Shown here piece by piece: positions 1-10,700 of a stretch of 64,000 nt of DNA (positions are counted from its first letter, which is position 1; every line of letters starts with the position of its first letter). The stretch covers positions 104,408,001 to 104,472,000 of the forward strand of contig NC_043003.1 in the NCBI RefSeq assembly GCF_006345805.1, written 5' to 3'. The DNA comes from Octopus sinensis (taxonomy: Eukaryota). The translations under genes and the position numbers were made by a program. The notes under the pieces are model-generated. The model searched no databases. It was given only the letters and a program-made list of their open reading frames with translations, and was not told the DNA's origin.

Positions 1-162
1 GCACCAGTGACGTCGCAACTCATTTCTACAGCTGAGTGAACTGGAGCAACGTGAAATAAAGTGCCTTGCTCGAGAACACAACACGCAGCCCGGTCCAGGA
101 TTCGAGTTCACAACCTCACGATCGTAAGCTCAACGCTCTAACCACTGAGCCATGCGCCTTCA
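1..162 (-). mobile_element. tRNA-derived SINE, family A (5' part, cut by window edge)
   Basis: Reverse complement of the copy at 661; box A (TGGCTCAGTGG) and box B-like motifs. Confidence 0.85.
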
Positions 163-227
163 CAGTAGTTACATCAGTAACCCTATAATTTTAAAATGTA
201 ATCTTTAAAAATTAAAAATGATCGTTT

Positions 228-432
228 TTAACCCTCTAGCATTTAAATTACTGTCAAATGTAATGCCTACATCTTCACAATGTTTTGAACTGATCATGCT
301 TTATCCTGTAGCTTTCAGATTTTGATGTGTTTGTTTATTTTTCAAATGACACTCTAGGGTAGGTACAAGAGGCAGGAACTGGCCAGTTTAAGCAGAAAAA
401 CAGGTAGAATATTTAAATGCTAAAAATTTAAA
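228..432. mobile_element. TTAA-flanked MITE (piggyBac-like); related copy near 49640-49852 in the opposite orientation
   Basis: Starts TTAACCCTCTAGCATT and ends AATGCTAAAAATTTAA (imperfect TIR). Confidence 0.5.
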
Positions 433-660
433 CACTATTAAATAACCACACATCACCAGAGTGCTAACAGAATTAATAGTGTCAGATGTATTTACTATGC
501 ATACAGTATATCACAACTGCAATCAATGAAATATATAAATTAGTTGTTAGATGTTTTGGGACTGCTGCCTTTGGTATCTTTATTTTCAAAGGTTTGCTGT
601 TTAGACCCTTATAATTCTCTATAATATATATGTATTATATAGAATTATATATATTATATA

Positions 661-1003
661 AGGCGCATGGCTCAGTGGTTAGAGCGTCGAGCTTACGATC
701 GTGAGGTTGTGAGCTCGAATCCCGGACCGGGCTGCGTGTTGTGTTTTTGAGCAAGGCACTTTATTTCACGTTGCTCCAGTTCACTCAACTGTAGAAATGA
801 GTTGCGACGTCACAGGTGCCAAGCTGTATCGGCCTTTGTCTTTCCCTTGGATAACACTGGTGGCGTGGAGAGGGGAGGCCGGTATGCATGGGCGACTGCT
901 GGTCTTCCATAAACAACCTTGCCCGGACTTGTGTCTAGGAGGGTAACTTTCTAGCTGCAATCCCATGGTCATTCATGACCGAAGGGGGTCTTTACCCTTT
1001 ACC
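661..1003 (+). mobile_element. tRNA-derived SINE, family A (full length); another copy near 44335-44678 (+)
   Basis: GGCGCATGGCTCAGTGGTTAGAGC...GAGCTCGAATCCC tRNA-like head, unique body, TTTACCC-repeat tail. Confidence 0.88.
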
Positions 1004-1031
1004 ATTTATATATATTATATAATTCTATATT

Positions 1032-1446
1032 TACTCTTTCTCTTTTACTTGTTTCAGTCATATGACTGCGGCCATGCTGGAGCACCGCCTTTAATCAAGC
1101 AACTTGACCCCGGGACTTATTCTTTGTAAGCCCAGTACTTATTCTATCGGTCTCTTTTGCCGAACCGCTAAGTAACGGGGACATAAACACACCAGCATCG
1201 GTTGTCAAGCAATGCTAGGGGGACAAACACAGACACACAAACACACATGCATACATATATATATATATATATATACATATATACGATGGGCTTCTTTCAG
1301 TTTCCGTCTACCAAATCCACTCACAAGGCTTTGGTTGGCCCGAGGCTATAGTAGAAGACACTTGCCCAAGGTGCCATGCAGTTGGACTGAACCCGGAACC
1401 ATGTGATTGGTAAACAAGCTACTTAGCACACAGCCACTCCTGCACC
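1032..1446 (-). mobile_element. tRNA-derived SINE, family C (CORE-like)
   Basis: Same sequence as 10917, 25331, 30069, 31277 and 48849: tRNA-like head, CCTTGGGCAAGT core motif, internal (TA)/(TG) tract, AAAGAG tail. Confidence 0.88.
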
Positions 1447-1610
1447 TATATATATATATATAATTATATAAAATTATATGTTTATACCCTTATAATTCTA
1501 AACATATATTTAGATCTCATTAATAATATAGTGATTAATGAGATGTAAATATATGTTTGCCCTAATTCCCAACTGGAAAGACAGTGAAAAAGAAAGAATA
1601 ATGTCTGTAC

Positions 1611-1783
1611 TTCAAAGATATCCAGAATAGCTTTTGTTGGACTATCAAAATGGGAAGCTTCATCAATTATGTAGAGCAGATCAAGATGTAGAGCAAGGTC
1701 CCTCCAGTTCATCTTCAAATCTTCATAGTCTAACATGGAAGCTAACTCTGTCCGTGTCTCTTCTGACATTTTGTGCATATCTC
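1611..1783 (-). CDS. NF-kB exon, death domain
   Basis: ttttag|...gaa|gtacag; 173 nt. Encodes GDMHKMSEETRTELASMLDYEDLKMNWRDLALHLDL...SPTKAILDIFE, resembling p105 GDMKQLAEDVKLQLYKLLE...NWATLAQKLGL...APSKTLMDNYE. Confidence 0.9.
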
Positions 1784-4700
1784 CTAAAATGATCAGGGAA
1801 AATTTGAAATAATATTGAAAAACGATATGGAAGATTCAAAAGAAATATAAAGAAGAAAATATGCAAATATTATTAAAATATAAATTATGAATTTTATAGT
1901 ATTTTTTTTTTTTAACATAGCATCTTGAACAAATGATAAAGTTATAAATAATAGTACGGCGGCGAGCTGGCAGAAACGTTAGCACTCCGGGCGAAATGCG
2001 TAGCCGTACTTCGTATGCCGTTACGTTCAGAGTTCAAATTCCGCCGAGGTCGGCTTTGCCTTTCATCCTTTCGGGGGTCGATAAATCAAGTACCAGTTAC
2101 GCACTGGGGTCGATGGAATCGACTTAATCGCTTTGTCTGTCATTGTTTGTCCCCTCTGTGATTAGCTCCTTGTGGGTAGTAAAGAAATATATAAATAATA
2201 GTACTTAAAAATGGGATGAAATATTAAAGGCTGATATCAAAAATGAATGGGATAAAGAGAGTCTGCCGAATGTTGACCCAACAGAGGGACCAGCTATCCG
2301 AGTTGATAGTTTCGTGGTAGCTAAGGCAATTAGACAGGGAAAACCCCAGGCCCATCAGGAATTACTGCAGAGATGCTCAAAATATCTGGCAGTGTCGGCT
2401 ATAACCTAGTCACCCGTATAGTCAACCAGGTGATACACGAAGGAGTCATACCCAATGACTGGTGTAGCAGCATACTAGTCAACTGCTACAAAGGTAAAGG
2501 TGGTGCCCTAGATACAAATAATTACAGAGGTATCAAGCTGTTGGATCAGGTTATGAAGGTTACGGAGAGGGTCATAGCCCAACTAATTAGAGAGAGAGTT
2601 AGTTTAGATGAGATGCAGTTTGGGTTCGTGCCAGGGAAAAGCACCACTGATGCTATATTCCTGGTAAGGCAGCTGCAGGAGAAATACCTAGCCAAAGATA
2701 AGCCCCTGTACCGGGCTTTCGTTGACATGGAGAAAGCCTTTGATAGGGTCCCCCGATCCCTCATCTGGTGGTCAATGAGGAAACTAGGGATAGATGAATG
2801 GCTGGTGAGGGCTGTGCAAGCCATGTACAGAGATGCCGTAAGTAAGGTTAGGGTTGGCAACACGTACACAGAAGAATTCAAAGTAGAGGTTGGGGTCCAC
2901 CAGGGTTCAGTACTCAGCCCCCTCTTATTTATCATAGTCCTCCAGGCAATTGCGGAGGAATTCAAGACAGGTTGCCCCTGGGAGCTCCTCTATGCTGACG
3001 ACCTTGCTCTAATTGCTGAGTCACTATCAGAACTGGAGGAGAAGTTCCAGGTGTGGAAGGAGGGTTTAGAATCGAGGGGCCTTAGAGTCAACCTAGCTAA
3101 AACCAAAGTACTAATAAGTAGAAAGGTAGACAATCCACAAATGTCTTCAGGAAGATGGCCCTGCTCGATCTGTAGAAAAGGTGTAGGTAGAAACTCTATA
3201 AGATGTACCCAGTGTAAGCTATGGACACATAGGTGCAGCAATGTCAAAGGTAGGCTAACTGGGAAGATAGTTTTTGTATGTGGCAGATGCTCGGGAGCAT
3301 TAACCTCCGAAAATCTGCAGAAAACAACTTCCGTCACTTTCCAGGAGAAAAAACTAGAAGTAGTTGATAGCTTCCGTTATCTAGGTGACCAAGTCAGTAG
3401 TGGGGGTGGGTGCGCTGAAAGTGTAACTGCTAGAATAAGAATAGCCTGGGCAAAGTTTAGGGAGCTCTTACCTCTGCTGGTGACTAAAGGCCTCTCGCTC
3501 AGAGTAAAAGGCAGACTGTATGATGCATGTGTACGAACTGCCATGCTACATGGCAGTGAAACATGGGCCGTGACTGCTGAGGACATGCGTAAGCTTGTGA
3601 GGAATGAAGCCAGTATGCTCCGAAGGATGTGTAATGTCAGTGTACTTACTCGACAGAGCATTAGTACCTTGAGAGAAATGTTGTACCTAAGAAGCATCAG
3701 TTGTGGTGTGCAAGAGAGACGATTGCGCTGGTATGGTCATGTGGCAAGAATGGATGAAGATAGGTGTGTGAGAAAGTGCCAATCCCTAGCAGTTGAGGGA
3801 ACCCGTGGAAGAGGTAGACCCAGAAAAACCTGGGACGAGGTGGTGAAGCACGGCCTTCGAACTTTAGGCCTCACCGAGGCAATGACTAGTGACCAAGACC
3901 TTTGGAAATATGCTGTACGTGAGAAGACCAGGCAGGACAAGTGAGCCCAGCCCACTTATGCATGCCTTTCCTTCCTTGGACACAAAGACCTGTTGAGGCA
4001 AGCGAAGTCGATATAGAACCTCATCCGACGACAGGCACCCATGCCAACCCCCTTTGCTTGCGAAGACATGTTGGGGCAAGCGAAAGCGAAATCGAAATTG
4101 AATTGAACCAGCCAGGATCCCTGGTCTGGTGGTACGTAAAAAGCACTATTCGACTCGTGGCCGATGCAAGCGCCGCCTCGACTGGCTTCCGTGCCAGTGG
4201 CACGTAAAATACACCAATCCGACCGTGGCCGTTGCCAGCCTCGCCTGGCACCTGTGCAGGTGGCACGTAAAAAGCACCCACTACACTCACAGAGTGGTTG
4301 GCGTTATGAAGGGCATCCAGCTGTAGAAACATTGCTAGATAAGACTGGAGCCTGGTGCAGCCTTCTGGCTTCCCGGATCCCTGGTCGAACCGTCCAACCC
4401 ATGCTAGCATGGAGAACGGACGTTAAACGATGATGATGATGATGATCAAAACCATATGAAGATGGCAGAGGACCAAGATATGTGGTACTTCGCTGTACTT
4501 GAGAAAAGATACCTACCATGATATAACTGAGATTCTAAAACCAAGATGCCATGTAAAAAGCATTGGTGTGGGTGCTGATGCCGAATAAAAAGCACCCATA
4601 GAAACCAAACCAAAATATTATGAAACCTGATGCGGCTCCAGGTCTTGTCAAGTCATCCAACAGCATGGAAAATGAACATTAAATACTGTTGATGATGATG

Positions 4701-7700
4701 AAAAGAAACCCAATGAATAGAAGTCAAAGGCTGTGATTGGGACACAAATCCACATCTCCTGTAAACAAGATAGGCATTCATTTTTTTTTCCCCTCAAAGC
4801 ATTCAGATACATGGAGGTAGAGAGAAACGAGATTCAAGCCTTTCCAAAGGACATTGCTCTCTTGATGATTTTCTGCTAGTTTATGTAATATATCATGTTA
4901 TCTCACCTTTTTGTTAGCTATTAGATATATTGTTAGATATTATGAAGGCAGCGAGCTGGCAGAAACGTTAGCACGCCGGGCGAAATGCCTAGCCGTATTT
5001 CGTCTGCCGTTACGTTCTGAGTTCAAATTCCGCCGAAGTCGACTTTGCCTTTCATCCTTTCAGGGTCGATAAATTAACTACCAGTTATGCACTGGGGTCG
5101 ATGTAATCGGCTTAATCCGTTTGTCCCCCCCTGTGTTTAGCCCCTTGTGGGTAGTAAAGAAATTTATATAGTTAGATATTAGTAATTTTTCCTTAGTTAC
5201 CTTTTCACAGACTTACTCCAATACTGGAATACATCTTGACCTCTCAGGACTGTGAATTTGGCAAGCATTTAATAAACCAAGAAAGGTAATTTAATAGCTA
5301 TGATATCTAGTATCACTTCTACATGTATATTTGAAGCAGAATTGGAAAATTTACCACAATAACTAAGTTCTAAGGAGAAGGGTTTGAGAGTAAATTATTC
5401 CACTAATTTATGCATACAAGCCAGTGTATAGCAAGGAAACAGTGTCTCAAGCCATTTGAAATGTTTTAAACAATGAATAAAGTTATGTAATGATATAATT
5501 ATTTTTTGTTTGATTGTCAACACACTGTGGTTAATATGACAACCAATTGAATAAACTTGGATTTTCAGTTTGTGCAGATCATCCAGTGCATTTAACCTAT
5601 ATGGATTACTCTAACTTTCACTGGACATTCCGTTAGCCAGATTTTATTGCATGGAGTACTGACTAAGGTATTTGCTTGGATTGGCACCTTGCTGTACTCA
5701 AGAAGACCTGTCCACCATAGCAGAATTGATACTGGTACTGGTGCCATGTTAAAAGTGCTGGTGCCACATAAAAACAGCCAGTACACTCTGTAAAGTGGTT
5801 GGCATTAGGAAGGACATCCAGCTGTAGAAACCATACCAGAACAATGGAGCATGGTGCAACCCCTGGCCTTACTAGTCCCAGTCAAACTGTCCAACCCATG
5901 CCAGATGGAAAACGGACATTAAATGATGATGATGATTAATATCTTATCTTTTTATCTGGCATATCCCTTCCTAATATAAGATAGTAGTATGTGATTTGAG
6001 GGAAATTTATCATTTCTAGCCAAAATATCTAATGAAGGCTATTTGCATAAAGTCTTCACAAGAATTTTTTTTTAACTTCCTCTCTTCTACACAACAAAGC
6101 CCTCCACATACCTTACTACAACTTTAAAAACTAAATAAATTACCTTGAGATAAAGTCGTTTCCTCTATTGATGAAACCGTCTTGCTCTGCAACAATAAAT
6201 AAAATTAGTTTTAGTCACATTATTTCCTAGTTGGCAAAACTATATATACCACTAATTTACTCTTAAATAGTGCACAGTACCACAAATATAGTTACAAATT
6301 ATCCTACATCTGTGACATCCTGATAAATCTGTTTGCAGAATAAAGAACATTTCATGTGCTTGCGTGACATATCTTCACTCGTGCAAGTATGAAGGCATTG
6401 ACATCAAAATAATACAGTCATATTTTGCTTCCCTAAATCTCTCCCACTGTCCTAGTTTCAGCTCAATGGTTGAGATTTCATTACAACATTACAGCTAGAT
6501 TAACTTCAAACTTTACTGTAGCCATCCATCTCATCACACTTCTATAGAATACAACAGAAAAACTTCCCATATTCTACACAGCCATTGGTGAGGCACTGAT
6601 GAACTTAATCAAAGGAGTGATGGTGTCTTCATGTGGGTAATATTTCACCATTTGTATCGAAGTTATTTCATGGTTTGGACTGGTGTACATTGTGTGTCTG
6701 ATTTTTAAGCATTTATCAAGCGTGTGTGTGTGTGTCTATCTCACTCTAGACCTTAAACAGAAGGTACATGATTCTATCTGCTTCAGTTTCACTGACTGGC
6801 AAGAAACAGCTTCTTCCATTAATATATATATTTTAAAGCTTACTGAATCATTTATATCAATTAACTACCTCATTAATTTTAAAATTCAATTGTATACTTT
6901 TCACTTTGATGTATAAATTTTCTGAAGCATTTGAGTCACTTTTACAACATTAGAAATACACTTTTATGTGAACACACATCATTAATCATAGGACATCATC
7001 TTAAACACTTCCCAACCACATGGTACCAAGTTCAATGCCACTGCATGACACCAGGGCACACATCCTTATAGCTCCAGTGCAATCAAAGTTTCGTCAGGCA
7101 GAAAAGCATGTTTATTTATAAATATATATATATAAATTCCTGAGCATTATACTAATACATCTGTTTAATCAAATGCAAAATTTTATCCCTTGATTCATAA
7201 GCTTCCTTTAATCCTACAGCATGTGCTAGTGGTATTGAAGGTTTTTGATTGCCATTATGCAGCAAAACAGCTTTTAGGCATGCTTTGCTGGAATCTATGA
7301 AGAGTCTCCATTCTTCAGGATTATGGCCATACCCCATCTCATGTAGGAATCCTTCAACATCACAACAACAAATAGTCTTTTTCCATAAAAAATTCATGCA
7401 ATCCTGTATACTGTTTTACACCATTGTGTAAAAGATTCCACTGTTTCAACCTGGAGCCCAGCAGCTCTGACTTTTCTTTTGTTAAACCCAAGTCTCAAAC
7501 TAAATCGTGTAACTCAAGTTGACTTAATAAATGGGGAACTTTTTTTGAAGATCCTGAATTATCACAGCGATCTGCTGCATCAGCCGGCATGCCTTCAATT
7601 GAAGTAGATGCAGTACTTTCTTCACTTAAACTATATTTGTCAAAAGATGAAGGAGGTTCTGGAATTGGAATATTTTCAGCAGCATGAGCAAATGGTTTTA

Positions 7701-10700
7701 AAGCTGAAGGGCTAAACAATCTTGGAATTATTCTTCTCCTGTGATGTTAGTTAAGCAGAAATAACAATCGGTATAGTGGTTTGTTGGTTCGCGCCAAATC
7801 ATTGGTACTGCAAATGGCATACTTTTCCGATTACCATTCAGCCTTTGGGTTAGTGCTATGTAGCAGTTTTTGCAACAAACACAAGGCACCCACAGTTGGT
7901 CCCTAACTTTACAACCAAAGAAAAGCTTGTAAGCATGTTAAAATTTCTTTTTAAGCTTATTTCTCTGATCTTTTGGCATAAATTTTCCACACACATTACA
8001 AAAGCTGTCCGGGTGATTAACACAAACTTTTCTGCTCATCATAAGTACATACAGTAATAACCTAAATCAACACTCAAGGAAGCCTATCAGTAAACTAAAA
8101 TATAAAATTAATCAACTGTAAATGTTACTGTAAAACATCAAAATATATTTCTCAAAAAACCCATTGAAATTATTATAGAATGTACTGAAACTATGGCTAT
8201 CACAAAACAATTTTTACCATTTTTAAATTTCAAAAATTGATCACTTTAATAAGTAATTAAACTTGCTACTAAACTACTTTTCATATAACCTGGCTCTCTT
8301 ATTTGATGTACTTTGTTTTAACAGAACTAGCAGTTATCAAGAAAAGGGAGTCTGAGTGGTTTACTATAAATCTAATATCAACAGCCTACTGTGAGGAGAA
8401 CTTTATTATAATTACAGCAATAACAAAATAAAATAAATTCTCATCTTGTGTGGCAATTTAAGATGTAGCCTACATTGCCCTCTATCAGCACTTACCTTTG
8501 TTTTAGTGATGAGTATATGAACGAAAATCAAAAGCAAGTAGCCTATTACTTTGTCAATATTATCAATTGGTTGGAAAATCTGATGCTGTGAATAACTAAA
8601 AAACTACACATGCTGTCTGAAAACTGATGTTAGATTTGGATTTAGCACCCTAAAATTACCCAAAATCAGTGGAAAAAGTTTAAATAGTATAACAAAAATA
8701 CTTTTCGTTGCCCAGTGTTGTCAAGAAATGAATTTTACCTCAGTTTTTAAATATGCATCCTGAAAGTTTTTCATGATTTTCATGGAAATATCTAATTCCA
8801 TTTGTTCATTGCTTACACTGTCTTCAACCTGTTGGAGAAAATTCATTGCATCTGTGTTTCCGTTAATAAATGCTAAGTTCAAGGGTTTAAAACCTACAAA
8901 AAAAAAGAAAAAAATAATCAGTCAATACATGTTATCTCTTTGCATTACAACCAAACCAGCACAATGATCCCTCTTCAATAAATTTAAATCAATGCCAGTT
9001 AAGCTTAATCATTTTAACAACTTATTCACAATCAACTTTTCTTGAATGCACATCCAATAGAATACAATCAACTCATTTCTTCTTCATCACTACAAGGGAT
9101 CCACAAATACTAGACATGTTTCTTTCACTTTCATACATGACTTTTGAATTCAATATCGCTACTACCTACGGACATGCTTTATACATTCAAAACACAGTGA
9201 AACACCCATGAGTTTTGGAAATATTTTTCATTCTCAGAATTGTCAAAGATGGAAGTAAACTACCTACATCAGTTATTAGTTGTCAGGACAGTACATCCTT
9301 CAAAAATTCCTTGCTTCCTGAAATTCACCAAAGCTTCTCCTGACATGCCCATCCACCCATTCCTCTTTATGGCTCTTTAATGTTCACTTCACAGTCTCCT
9401 TATGTTTCATATTGTCTGTCATTGATGTCTTCCATTTCTTGACATTACCTCTTTTACCCGTTTCCAATAAGTTGCAGTGAACCTGAGCACTTTATACAAC
9501 AAGACCAGCAATCTCAGGGGAGTGGGTACATCAATTACATTGGCTCTAGTATTCAACTGATAATTTAATTTATCAACCCCCAAAAGGATGAAAGGCGAAG
9601 TTGACTTTGGCAGAATTTGAACCCAGAACACAAAGACAGATGAAGTGCCACTAAGTGTTTTGTCCAGCTTGCTAACAATTTTGCCAGTTCACCACCTTAA
9701 ACAATAAGCTCATTATTACTATTATAAATATCACGGATAGCATGTACATTTATAGAGTAAACCTTACTATAGAGATTATTTATATATTTAATCACTGTAT
9801 ATATGAGTCTACGTATTTTTGATTAGAAAGAAAATTTGGCACCACTTTCATAACACGATTGAGTAGTTCATGATATGAACACCTGAAGCCATGAAATGTC
9901 TTCTCAAAGAATCCATAAAATATGTAAAAAAATTTTTAATAAGGAAAATAATGTAGAAAGGTGAAAATCTTAAAAATGAGAAACTTTATTTCAAGTAACT
10001 GCTTAACCCTACTAATAGCAACCCAGCTAAGATTACCCCAAATCCCATGATATAAACTTCCTGTTTTAAAGAGATCTAAATTAAAGCTTACCGTCAAACT
10101 TCCATGTTAATATATGTTCCAAGCCATAGATTAATAATTACTAGATTGTTCATTATTTACAAAATGAATTGAAACAAAGTCAGTGCATTTCAACAGGAAT
10201 ATTGCAGTTAAAGGTTAAGAAATAGTGTTTACCACCTGACTGGCCCTGATATAATGATCTAGCTATTGTTGTTTGTTATCAGCAATATTGATAATATATT
10301 GATGAACAATAAAAACAGCCAATAAGTATGAAAAAAAAAAACTGAGATGTGATTGAGGCAAGATATGGATCCAAGCTTGTTACATCTTCCTTGTCAGTTT
10401 CTCTATAGTTTCATAAAAAATTTTAACAGCAAAACAAAACTCACCTTCAGAATTACAGGTCTTCAGGCATTGACTGATTCTGTAGCTCCAATCTTCGGTC
10501 TCCAATGGCCACAAAAGTTCTTTTAAGCATTCTATGTTGTTATGGATGACTGCCAGATGTAAAGGATTATTACCACTGGAATCAACAAGTGCTTGGTTGG
10601 CACCGTTGCGCAACAACAGTTGAACTATTGGTTTTCGATTTAACAATACAGCTAAATGAAGGCAAGTCTTGAAAATAAAAATGAAAAATAAAATGAAATA

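Noticed and set aside
661-735. tRNA-like sequences here and at the other SINE heads
   Set aside because: They run straight into repeated SINE bodies and lack a clean acceptor stem, so they are not called tRNA genes.
1212-1406. Recurrent short ORFs (MLGGQTQTH..., MTTDAGVF..., FLQLDALPNANH...)
   Set aside because: Chance frames within SINE C and RTE tails, repeated wherever the repeat occurs.
2546-3955. Antisense ORFs over the RTE RT (and over Gypsy pol at 15120-17384)
   Set aside because: Shadow frames with no recognisable motifs.
6187-7150. Hidden ankyrin exons
   Set aside because: The minus-strand frames I read showed no TPLH-type motif with splice signals; a formal HMM search is still needed.
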